This document shows, piece by piece, positions 45,330 through 53,853 of a stretch of 64,000 bases of DNA. Made by a program: the position numbers and the translations under genes. Each line of letters starts with the position of its first letter. Position 1 is the stretch's first letter. The notes below the pieces were generated by a model. The model saw only the letters and a list, made by a program, of their open reading frames with translations, made no database searches and had not been told where the DNA came from. The stretch comes from an uncultured Pseudomonadota bacterium (GTDB lineage: Bacteria; Babelota; Babeliae; Babelales; JAUPTZ01), in NCBI GenBank assembly GCA_964429275.1, contig CAYSBJ010000002.1, forward strand, positions 282,459 to 346,458, in the 5' to 3' direction.

Positions 45330-46858
45330 TGTTCTTCTTGCTCTTTTTTGGTTTCAACAGGAAGCGGGTTTGGTACCAAAACTGACCAATGCCCTCGCCC
45401 TCCAGTATCCAACTGACTACCAGTCTGACTGAACAAAATGTGACAACAGGAAGCCACGTCTTGCTTCAGGCCTTCCCAGCGCTTTTGAGATAGCCCTGCA
45501 CTATATGAAATGCGATACCCACCTTCATCAGCACCTGTCCAGATAAGAACGGGTTTATGCAGTATTTTAGCTATAAGCAGCACATCTTCCTGGCCCAGAT
45601 AATACTGACTATCCACCGGAGCTGGAAGACTCGTATTTATTTGTGAGCGCGGCATATCTGTTTCCCAAACCTGCGACGCACCCTTTTTCCAATGCCCCAT
45701 GCCAATAGATCTGCGTAGTCCCGGTGTAACATTTTTTCTTTCTCTTTTTGGCACTTGAGCCAATCGCTCCTGAAACAATCGCTTTCTTGCATCTGCAAGT
45801 GCATTAAAAGAAGCCCCAAAGTAGTATGGCTGCTTTGGAACGTCAGCAAGACCACTCTTAAAAAAAATATAACAATGTCCAGCACAGTGGCCGTCCCCTG
45901 GAATTTTCACGGTATGAAAAACCGAAAATAACTCGTCCCGCGACAGGCTAAAATCAAAATTTAAAAAATGCCCGGCTGGTGCCCCGTCATTGCTCACCAA
46001 AGTCGTTATCTCGCTGACCACGCGCGAAACCAACTGATTATCTGCATAGGTAACTGGAGCATTCGCTTCAAAAAAAGCTATTCCTTTTTTATCTTCCACC
46101 GAAAGGTCACCCAAAAATTTTCGGACAATAATATCGTCAGTAAGATTACCCGCAACCGACATACTCAGTGTCGCACCAACAACACCCGGAACAATATCTT
46201 GACTATCTTTGATAACTGTTAATGGTGGCTTTACAACTCTTTTCGGCTTGCCGGATGCTCTACTCTGGCGCCTCTCTCTGGAGATCGGAGAGGATGGCGT
46301 CAGAACTGAAGAAACTAGCGCCGAAGAGAGAGCCTCCACAGAAGATAAACCCACCGCCATAGACATTGGTGAAGATGCAGCCGCAACATCATCCTTGCTT
46401 AGAGCAATAGCAGGAGCAGATTCGCTCTCTGGCAGCGCAGGTAACACACGTGGCATGGTCGGCTCAAGTGGCACAGACCCAGAAAGCTCAGGCAACTTTA
46501 CAATAACTCCTTCTTTACCAGCAGGATCCGCGACTGCTGACGTAGCCCCAAATTGGTCCGCATTGCTCAGCAAGCTACCAGCGAACAGCGAACCTCCAAG
46601 TCCTAAAAAGCCAATCGCCCAATTACGCAGCACATACAATCGCTCAAGGTCTGCATCTGCCAAAGCAACAGCACCTCGCTTAACTGCTTGCTCCAGTGTC
46701 TTAATTTTTGCCTGCGCAGCAATAATCAAGAGGCTTGCCGCCGCTCCCACACCAAGGCCACCCCAACGAGCAGCCGAACGCCCAGCGCCGGCACTCACGA
46801 CATGCATTGCTGTCATAGAGCAAAACAGGAAAACCACTATTTTTTTTGACACGATCAC
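45326..46858 (-). CDS. membrane-anchored OTU-like cysteine protease paralogue 1 of 4 (510 aa)
   Basis: Motifs ARWGGLGVGAAASLLII, IPGDGHCAGHCYIFF, YLGQEDVLLIAKILHKPVLIW and GGRGHWSVLVP. GTG at 46858 abuts AGGGAG. GTG at 46852 has better spacing and may be the true start. Confidence 0.65.
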   Translation of the reverse strand: MIVSKKIVVFLFCSMTAMHVVSAGAGRSAARWGGLGVGAAASLLIIAAQAKIKTLEQAVKRGAVALADADLERLYVLRNWAIGFLGLGGSLFAGSLLSNADQFGATSAVADPAGKEGVIVKLPELSGSVPLEPTMPRVLPALPESESAPAIALSKDDVAAASSPMSMAVGLSSVEALSSALVSSVLTPSSPISRERRQSRASGKPKRVVKPPLTVIKDSQDIVPGVVGATLSMSVAGNLTDDIIVRKFLGDLSVEDKKGIAFFEANAPVTYADNQLVSRVVSEITTLVSNDGAPAGHFLNFDFSLSRDELFSVFHTVKIPGDGHCAGHCYIFFKSGLADVPKQPYYFGASFNALADARKRLFQERLAQVPKRERKNVTPGLRRSIGMGHWKKGASQVWETDMPRSQINTSLPAPVDSQYYLGQEDVLLIAKILHKPVLIWTGADEGGYRISYSAGLSQKRWEGLKQDVASCCHILFSQTGSQLDTGGRGHWSVLVPNPLPVETKKEQEEQ

Positions 46859-46863
46859 TCCCT

Positions 46864-46894
46864 ATAAAGATGCGCCCCACAAGAGGGCGCATCC
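46864..46894 (-). terminator. terminator-like hairpin after yicC, abutting the start of the OTU-like array
   Basis: Minus strand reads GATGCGCCC-TCTTGTG-GGGCGCATC followed by TTTATAGG. The stem is 9 bp. Confidence 0.5.
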
Positions 46895-46943
46895 TAAAAT
46901 TTATTTACCATTGATAGGCTTAGTCTACCTGAGCTGGTAAATC

Positions 46944-47834
46944 CTAGACAATGTTCTGCACTTGTTCGCGAATTTTCTCAATTTCCACCTTAATGTCTAC
47001 CGCACGCGCACTCATTTCATAGTTGGTGCATTTTGAAGTAACGGTATTTACCTCACGCATCAACTCTTGCAAGGTAAAGTCAAGTTTGCGGCCTTTTTCT
47101 ATTGCTGTATCAGCTAACAATCGCTCAATTGCCTGTACGTGCGAACCAAAACGGATAATTTCTTCATGTACATCCATTTTATCAAGTGCAGCAAGTCGTT
47201 CCGGCAATAAAGCGCGGGCCGTCTCATCACCAGCCTGAGCCTGCTGTTGGCAATGCGCAACTTCCTCTTTCTGCGCGGCAAGCAACTTTGCCGTAATACC
47301 CTCAATTTCACTCATCGTACGCACAATAGCATCAAGCCGATTACTTAAATCTACGAGTAATCGCTTTCCTTCATTTTTTCGCGCTTCGTGTACTTGCGCT
47401 ACCGCATCATCAACACCAGCTAAAAAGCGGGCAATGGCTTCATCGGACAAGGCCGCGCGTTCAGAAGAAAAAACCTGCGGTAAATTCATCATCTCTGCGA
47501 TAGTCAACTGACCAATAAGGCCAAATTGTTTTTGGATATACGCGCTCGCGTCAAGGTATTCTTGTACGCGGATAGGAGAAAATACTGTTTTTTCCAGCAA
47601 TGCCCCATGGCTGTTAATGCGGACCGTACAGTACACACGGCCACGGATTAAGCCACTTTTCATACGCGAAATCAGATCCATCTCACATGAGCTCAACGCG
47701 TTTGGCAGCTTACAGGTTGGCTCAAAAAAACGTGAGTTAAACGTTTTTATTTCAATATCAACACTGCATTGCTCACCGTCATGCTCCAGCATAACTACTG
47801 AAACGTTGGCAAAGCCAGTCATGCTGGTAATCAT
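46944..47834 (-). CDS. yicC: YicC-family protein
   Basis: Start set at MITSMTGF (47834), matching the canonical MIRSMTG(F/Y) N-terminus. The C-terminal L(Q/N)ELMREVNT...K motif is typical of YicC / DUF1732. Confidence 0.8.
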   Translation of the reverse strand: MITSMTGFANVSVVMLEHDGEQCSVDIEIKTFNSRFFEPTCKLPNALSSCEMDLISRMKSGLIRGRVYCTVRINSHGALLEKTVFSPIRVQEYLDASAYIQKQFGLIGQLTIAEMMNLPQVFSSERAALSDEAIARFLAGVDDAVAQVHEARKNEGKRLLVDLSNRLDAIVRTMSEIEGITAKLLAAQKEEVAHCQQQAQAGDETARALLPERLAALDKMDVHEEIIRFGSHVQAIERLLADTAIEKGRKLDFTLQELMREVNTVTSKCTNYEMSARAVDIKVEIEKIREQVQNIV

Positions 47835-47867
47835 GGAATTTTGTTGTAGCTTCATGCAAATATCACT

Positions 47868-48587
47868 TTACGCTATGTTGGCAAACACGTGTTGAACATC
47901 ATCAAGTTCATCCAGCGCATTTAAAAAATTATATACTTTTTCGGCATCAGCCTCATCAGGGACCGAAGCAAACGTCGTTGGTATCCATTCAAGTTGTACG
48001 GTATCCACTTTAAGACCGGCCTTATCCGCCGTCGCCTTAATAGCATACAGCTCGGATGGCTCACCAACAATACGAACCTGGGTTTCATCGGTGTCAATAC
48101 TATCAATATTGTGGTCAAGAAACAGCTCAAGAAGTTCGTCTTCTGTCTTAGCTGTCGCATGCAACGATACCACACCACGGCGCACAAACATCCACGAAAC
48201 ACTACCATCACCACCAAGGCTACCGCCGCCCTTGCCAAATGCATGGCGCACTTCAGATGCAGTACGATTCTTATTATCGGTTAGAGCTTCAACCATAATC
48301 GCCACTCCATGCGGCCCGTACCCTTCGTACGTAATACTTTCATATGCGTTCCCGGCTATTTCACCAGTCCCTTTTTTAATAGCACGCGTAATATTGTCGC
48401 TTGGCATGTTAGCCGCTTTGGCTTTATCCACAAACAACCGCAGGCGAATATTGGCAGCAGGGTCGCCGCCACCGTCACGGGCTGCTATCGTAATTTCACG
48501 CACCAGCTTAGTAAAAACCTTACCCTTCTTTATATCTTCTTTTTCTTTTTTATGCTTAATATTAGCCCATTTAGAATGTCCAGCCAT
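47868..48587 (-). CDS. yebC: YebC/PmpR-family transcriptional regulator / translation factor
   Basis: Canonical N-terminus MAGHSKWANIKHKKEKEDIKKGKVFTKL (start moved from 48686 to 48587). Confidence 0.9.
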   Translation of the reverse strand: MAGHSKWANIKHKKEKEDIKKGKVFTKLVREITIAARDGGGDPAANIRLRLFVDKAKAANMPSDNITRAIKKGTGEIAGNAYESITYEGYGPHGVAIMVEALTDNKNRTASEVRHAFGKGGGSLGGDGSVSWMFVRRGVVSLHATAKTEDELLELFLDHNIDSIDTDETQVRIVGEPSELYAIKATADKAGLKVDTVQLEWIPTTFASVPDEADAEKVYNFLNALDELDDVQHVFANIA

Positions 48588-48597
48588 CGCACATACC

Positions 48598-49962
48598 TCA
48601 ATCGTTAACCATAAGAGAAATGAGTAATCCAACCACATATGCAGCAGCCGATGCGACAAGTGCCACAAACGAACCAGGCAACGCAATCGTTACCACGCCA
48701 CTCCATATAAAGCTGTATACACAAAAACCTGTTATTACTGAGCACAACGCAGCAATGCGACTCAATCGTCCACCCACGATGCACACCAGAATGGGAATTA
48801 ACACACCACTCACTAAAAGTTCATAGCTTTGCGTCATAACACCCAAAATATTCGTAGCACAATACGAGCCAACAATTCCCGTAAGACCAACCACTAATGT
48901 TGCTATTTCAGCACACCACATACGAAAGAGACTCCCACGACTCTGCGGCACAAAATCTTGCACAATATTAGAACTCACCGCACACAACAGCGAATCAGCA
49001 GTCGATGCAATAGCTGCAACCAGCGCGCACATCACCAATGCCTGGCCAGCCGGCCCAACATGTTGTGCAACAAGCATCAATAAAGGACTTTGTCCTTCAG
49101 CAACCACGAGCCCTGATAACCGAGCCTGTACCCCGATAAGAGCTGGAATTGCCGCAAACAACAAAAGGCCACTCGCAGACGCCCATGATGCAGCAGTTGC
49201 TATAGCAGAAGAACGTGCAGCAAAAAAGCGTTGCGCCAAGTCTTGTTCGGCAAAAGAAAACAAAACGGGTATACCAAGATAAGAAAACCAATACGAAAAG
49301 CCACCGTCAGGCATAGATGTTGAACAGCACAACGCCGAAACTGTGGCCCCATTCAATACCCCAGCCCAGACCAAATACCCGAACAACCCCAGAAAGACTG
49401 CCAAAATAAGACTAATCTGCAGCAAATCAGTGGCTATAACTGCTGGCAATCCACCGTACATCGTATATCCAACAAGCACTGCCCAAAAACCAAGAAATAG
49501 CAAATCACTTTCAATTCCTAAACCGACAAGCAATTTGCGCGAGGCAATAACCTGGCAAATAAAAATGCCGGTCAATGATAAAATAGAAAGAAATGACGCA
49601 CATTTTTTAAGCCCGGGCGAGTGAAAATACTTCTCAAAAATCTCTGCAGTCGTTCCAACATTGAGCGAGCGCAATGCGGCGGCAATTCCTAAACCCAACA
49701 GAACAAACCCTGCCGCGAGCCCCATGCCATAAAAAAGACCGGGCATGCCGTATAAATACGCATGGTCAGCGCCGCCAACAATCAAACCAGCACCAATGTG
49801 TGTAGCAAGCAAAGTACCAGTAAGTGGCCAAAAGCCAAGATTGCGACCTGCTAAAAAGTAATCGTTTTCGGTATGTGTTTGCTTACCTGCATGCATACCG
49901 GCAAAGTAGTACAGCACTGCAAACAAAACAAAAAAAGTAGAAAACCAAAAAACAATACTCAT
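48598..49962 (-). CDS. sodium:solute symporter (SSS) family transporter
   Basis: Polytopic. DYFLAGRNLGFW...LLATHIGAGLIVG is typical of the SSF N-terminal region. Start moved to MSIVFWF (49962) with AAGGAA upstream. Substrate unknown. Confidence 0.75.
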   Translation of the reverse strand: MSIVFWFSTFFVLFAVLYYFAGMHAGKQTHTENDYFLAGRNLGFWPLTGTLLATHIGAGLIVGGADHAYLYGMPGLFYGMGLAAGFVLLGLGIAAALRSLNVGTTAEIFEKYFHSPGLKKCASFLSILSLTGIFICQVIASRKLLVGLGIESDLLFLGFWAVLVGYTMYGGLPAVIATDLLQISLILAVFLGLFGYLVWAGVLNGATVSALCCSTSMPDGGFSYWFSYLGIPVLFSFAEQDLAQRFFAARSSAIATAASWASASGLLLFAAIPALIGVQARLSGLVVAEGQSPLLMLVAQHVGPAGQALVMCALVAAIASTADSLLCAVSSNIVQDFVPQSRGSLFRMWCAEIATLVVGLTGIVGSYCATNILGVMTQSYELLVSGVLIPILVCIVGGRLSRIAALCSVITGFCVYSFIWSGVVTIALPGSFVALVASAAAYVVGLLISLMVND

Positions 49963-49972
49963 GCCGAGTTCC

Positions 49973-51013
49973 TTAAAAGAGTGTTTCCTGCTCTTGCGTA
50001 TCTTCTCCCAGAAGTATACGCCGAAGGGCAAGGCGTCGGTGCACTGGGATCTGTCGGCCACGCGGCGTTTTTTGCAATAATCCTTGCCGCATCAAATACG
50101 GTTCGCAAAAATCTTCCAGCGTTTCCTTGTCTTCTCCAGTCATAGCGGCAAGCGTCTCAAGCCCAACCGGACCGCCCGAAAAGTCCCTTAGTATATGCAA
50201 TAGTACCATTCGGTCAAGCTTATTCAGCCCATGAGCATCGATTCCCAAAAAGGTCAGCGCCTGCTCAACAACAACATCATCAATCACTTTTTGCTGCTTA
50301 ACTTGGGCGAAATCGCGCACGCGACGGAGGAGGCGCTTCACAATCCGGGGTGTACCGCGAGCCCGAGCGCCAATAAGTTTTGCCGCTGACGGAGTAAGTG
50401 AAACATCAAGAAAGTCTGCATTCTGAAGAACGATTTGCGCAAGTTCATCAGGCTCATAGAAATCAAGACGCTCCACGATGCCAAATCGTGTCTGCAGCGG
50501 CGCAGAGACCATCCCTGTCTTCGTGGTAGCACCAATGAGGGTAAATGGATTAAGCGGCAATCGAATCGACTTGGCACCAGCTCCTTGCCCCACGATCATA
50601 TCAACGCAGAAGTTTTCCATAGCGCTATAAAGAATTTCTTCTACTGCTTTAGATAAGCGATGGATTTCATCAATAAAAAAAACATCATGCGGCTGAAGGC
50701 CAGTCAACAACGCAACCAAATCGCCGGGACGCTCCAGCACCGGCGCACTCGTAACTTTGATAGTTACCCCCAGTTCTTTGGCAATAATGGTTGCGAGCGT
50801 CGTCTTTCCCAGCCCCGGTGGCCCGAAGAGCAGCACATGATCGAGCGCCTCCCCCCGCTGCGATGCGGCAGCGGTATACACCTGTAATTTCTCTTTAATT
50901 GCCGACTGCCCAAGGTACTGGGCAAATGACTGCGGCGCAAACCCAAGCTGCCGATCTTCGACAACAGGGGTTGGGGCAACAAGTTCTAATTCTGGTAATG
51001 CCGTATTGTGCAT
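49973..51013 (-). CDS. ruvB: Holliday junction branch migration helicase RuvB
   Basis: Motifs LLFGPPGLGKTTLA, VFFIDEIHRL, TLIGATT, FGIVERLDFY and RGTPRI. No ruvA is adjacent. Confidence 0.95.
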   Translation of the reverse strand: MHNTALPELELVAPTPVVEDRQLGFAPQSFAQYLGQSAIKEKLQVYTAAASQRGEALDHVLLFGPPGLGKTTLATIIAKELGVTIKVTSAPVLERPGDLVALLTGLQPHDVFFIDEIHRLSKAVEEILYSAMENFCVDMIVGQGAGAKSIRLPLNPFTLIGATTKTGMVSAPLQTRFGIVERLDFYEPDELAQIVLQNADFLDVSLTPSAAKLIGARARGTPRIVKRLLRRVRDFAQVKQQKVIDDVVVEQALTFLGIDAHGLNKLDRMVLLHILRDFSGGPVGLETLAAMTGEDKETLEDFCEPYLMRQGLLQKTPRGRQIPVHRRLALRRILLGEDTQEQETLF

Positions 51014-51348
51014 CGGTCCTCATCTCATTTCCAGGCCTTTCATAGGCACTGACTCGCCGCGAACTCTAGCATGGAGTTACGGACAGGCTCAAGAGAAATG
51101 CGGCTAACCATCAAAATAAAATAGATCAATCACTGTGGTTTTTCTAAAAAATGTGATAGTTTTCTTTGGAAAACTGAGCATCAGAAGTGGCCGTTATGAC
51201 AAGAAAAATGCACCAGCCAGGATAGAAGAGGCTTTAAAGCTCCAAGAGAAACTTTTTTCTCTTTCGCCTAGCGGACGAATTAGATAAAGAAAACGCAAAA
51301 AACTTACTCCCACACGACCTCGCGGGAATAAAATACATAAGGAAAACC

Positions 51349-51876
51349 ATGTTTACTAAAAAAATTCTTTTATTAGCCATCGGACTCACGACCGCAGGGA
51401 GCCATCTCATCGCATCAGATGCGGAACCCGCAGCTGCCGCAAAACACGAATCAACTCCCTACCAAGCCCTTGCAAATCACTGCGAGAAAGTTCAACAGGA
51501 AATAACTTTCCTGAAGGAAAATTGGTTCACTGAAGATCTCGATAGGCATATTAACCAAATTCAAAAGGAGCTCGCAAAACTAGAAACCATGCCCATCCCT
51601 GCAGAGTTGCCAGCTGATGTAAAAAAAGCCATAACAGAGATCCATTCCTATGGCAAAAGTCTCACTTATTTCAAGAGTTTCCCCAGAATAATAGTAAATG
51701 CTCTTGAATGCATAGAAACGACCATCACGCAGATAGCATCTACGCTTAGAACCCACCAAAGAAAGGCTCTACTAGAAGCCATAATACTGAATGGATCACT
51801 ACCAGACTGCGATAAAACAAAACTATCCGAGAGTATCATTTCGGGATGGGACAGGCAAACGCCCAAGATAGATTAA
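51349..51876 (+). CDS. hypothetical secreted protein (175 aa)
   Basis: ORF track. Signal-peptide-like MFTKKILLLAIGLTTAGSHLIAS. AAGGAAAACC precedes the ATG. Confidence 0.55.
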   Translation: MFTKKILLLAIGLTTAGSHLIASDAEPAAAAKHESTPYQALANHCEKVQQEITFLKENWFTEDLDRHINQIQKELAKLETMPIPAELPADVKKAITEIHSYGKSLTYFKSFPRIIVNALECIETTITQIASTLRTHQRKALLEAIILNGSLPDCDKTKLSESIISGWDRQTPKID

Positions 51877-52088
51877 AGTCAAGCAAAGCTGCCGCATCTT
51901 CTGGGCTCGAAGCAGCTTCATCAAATGCCATCATAGCACCTCACATCGTTACAAAAAAAATCCGCCCTCGGCACGTCGGCACAATTATACATGCCATTCT
52001 AGCCGTCAAGCGGTAATTAATAGTAACAAAGAAGGGGGAGAAGTCCGTCGACGCTTTCGCAATCCATCAGTCAGGCCTTTAATAAGGC

Positions 52089-52175
52089 TGGTGCAAGGAG
52101 GGGGACTTGAACCCCCAAGGTGTTGCCACCGCTGGCTCCTAAGGCCAGTGCGTCTACCAATTTCGCCATCCTTGC
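52089..52175 (-). tRNA. tRNA-Leu (anticodon TAG), type II with long variable arm, CCA encoded
   Basis: Minus strand folds by hand: GCAAGGA-TG-GCG-AAATTGGTAGA-CGC-A-CTGGC-CTTAGGA-GCCAG-CGGTGGCAACACCTT-GGGGG-TTCAAGT-CCCCC-TCCTTGC-A-CCA. All four stems and the variable arm pair. Confidence 0.9.
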
Positions 52176-52282
52176 GTAGATTTATTTTTCTACGTCTAAC
52201 TCCATTAGTCAGGCCTTTAAAAAGGATGGCCTGCCAGCTGGAGCTTCTTTGCAACATACTTTGTAGTTACAAAGGCGTAGTT

Positions 52283-52357
52283 TGGTGGGTCGCCACGGAC
52301 TCGAACCGTGAACCTGCAGATTAAGAGTCTGTTGCTCTACCATTGAGCTAGCAACCC
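52283..52357 (-). tRNA. tRNA-Lys (anticodon CTT), CCA encoded
   Basis: Minus strand folds by hand: GGGTTGC-TA-GCTC-AATGGTA-GAGC-A-ACAGA-CTCTTAA-TCTGC-AGGTT-CACGG-TTCGAGT-CCGTG-GCGACCC-A-CCA. Confidence 0.85.
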
Positions 52358-52497
52358 CTACCAAGGTCGGCAAGGATAGCAGAGCAGAAAATAATGTAAA
52401 TACACGACTGACACTCAACCTGCTTGACAAATGAAAAACAGCTTCGTATATCTGGCCCTCGTCAGTTTATGGTCCCCCAACATACTAGGAGGTTAGC

Positions 52498-53814
52498 TTG
52501 AGCAAAAAAACCTTTGTTCCCGCGTTTACCCCACGCTCCCTTAAATACAGCATCGACAAAAAATCGTCGCACTTGTGGTATCTTACTGTGGAAATCCCTG
52601 GTGCCATGACGGCCCACATTAAAGATCACATAACGCGACTCTATCGCCAGTACACACTTATGCCGGGCATTTCCTGCAACAGCCTTCCAATAACCTATAC
52701 GCAACACTATTTTGCCCAAGAAATTGAAAAAGAATCACGACAATTCCTGTACGAACACTTTATCGAAGGCAGCATTCAAAGTTTTTTGCAAGACAATAAA
52801 ATAACGACCGTAAACTGGCCACGCATCAAAGATGTTGGCGGTAGCGCACAAAATGGTTATACCATAACCATCGCCCTCTCACTGGCCCCGCAGCTTCAAC
52901 TTCACAATTGGCAGACACAAACTTTTGTTGCGCCTAAACGAAAAAACTACACCGACCTCGACATCCAGGTTGAATCCTTTATTGCCACCCTAGAGGCAGA
53001 ATCATCCTCGACGCGCACCGCGACTGTTGAACTTGGCGACTGGGTTCGCTTTTCAGCGCAATTTCGCTCACCTCTAGTGCAAACACCCGTCCACAGTCAC
53101 ACACAATATTGGCTCCGTATCACCAATCCGATACTTACTTCGCCGGCAATGCAGCAATTTTTAACTGCGAAAGTAGGAAGTTCATTTACCATACCAGCAA
53201 GCGCACTCTCTATACACCAAGAAAATCCTTTTTCTACCGACTATTATTTCGATGTTACCGTTGAACATATTGTCAAAACACAAAAACTTTCGGTACAGCA
53301 GGTACAAGACTGCCTACACGTAAGCGACCATCAAATGCTGCACAACAAGTTAATAGAGATTTTTTCCTATCGCAACGATGTTTCATTACGTAAGGCGATC
53401 ATTGAAGAATTGTTCTATGCACTCTTCAATGCCTTCCGCTTTGAGATTGCGCCACACGCGATCACACGACGAAAAGAACTACTGCTTTTTTTGATGCATC
53501 AAACACCTGACAACTCCGTCTATACAAAACAAAAGCACTTTGCAACGCACATAACACTGCTCGCAGAAACAAAATTAAAAGAAGAAGCGCTCATAGACGC
53601 GATTGCACAGCTCGAAAACATTACGGTCACGCCAGAAGACATCACTCACTATCTCTCTCTGGCGTCAAACGAACGGCTAAAAGAATTCTTATACTTCTCT
53701 CCGTTGACCGAAGACGCTATCTCTTCTGACCAACCCTGTGGTGAATATATTCTAAACCAGACAGTTCGTCGGGAGAAAACACTGAATGCGATTATCCAGC
53801 AAATTGCCATCTAA
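52498..53814 (+). CDS. trigger-factor-like protein, divergent paralogue 1 (438 aa)
   Basis: TTG start with AGGAGG 5 nt upstream. Collinear with the trigger-factor architecture: N-domain with the signature position reading MPGISCNSLP instead of GFRKGKVP; APQLQL / PKRKNYTDLDIQVESFI linker; a PPIase-sized middle region; helical C-domain. Confidence 0.6.
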   Translation: MSKKTFVPAFTPRSLKYSIDKKSSHLWYLTVEIPGAMTAHIKDHITRLYRQYTLMPGISCNSLPITYTQHYFAQEIEKESRQFLYEHFIEGSIQSFLQDNKITTVNWPRIKDVGGSAQNGYTITIALSLAPQLQLHNWQTQTFVAPKRKNYTDLDIQVESFIATLEAESSSTRTATVELGDWVRFSAQFRSPLVQTPVHSHTQYWLRITNPILTSPAMQQFLTAKVGSSFTIPASALSIHQENPFSTDYYFDVTVEHIVKTQKLSVQQVQDCLHVSDHQMLHNKLIEIFSYRNDVSLRKAIIEELFYALFNAFRFEIAPHAITRRKELLLFLMHQTPDNSVYTKQKHFATHITLLAETKLKEEALIDAIAQLENITVTPEDITHYLSLASNERLKEFLYFSPLTEDAISSDQPCGEYILNQTVRREKTLNAIIQQIAI

Positions 53815-53853
53815 AATTCAATGAGGGTCCAGAGACAAGGATAGAATAAACCC

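Noticed and set aside
46209-46940. 243-aa plus-strand ORF
   Set aside because: Antisense to the first OTU-like gene and crossing the terminator hairpin. Its low-complexity Ser/Ala/Pro content suggests a shadow frame.
48424-48432. Perfect DnaA-box consensus TTATCCACA
   Set aside because: It is a single copy inside the yebC coding sequence with no cluster or AT-rich unwinding region. It is probably a chance occurrence, not oriC.
51244-51263. AT-rich hairpin AAGAGAAA-CTTT-TTTCTCTT in the ruvB / 51349 intergenic region
   Set aside because: No gene reads into it on either strand, and the stem is weak (A/T-rich). There is no basis for a functional call.
52006-52257. 83-aa minus-strand ORF
   Set aside because: It runs straight through tRNA-Leu and the repeated tRNA trailer. 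Its internal repeat (KGLTDGLRKRR / KGLTNGVRRRK) is just the duplicated DNA.
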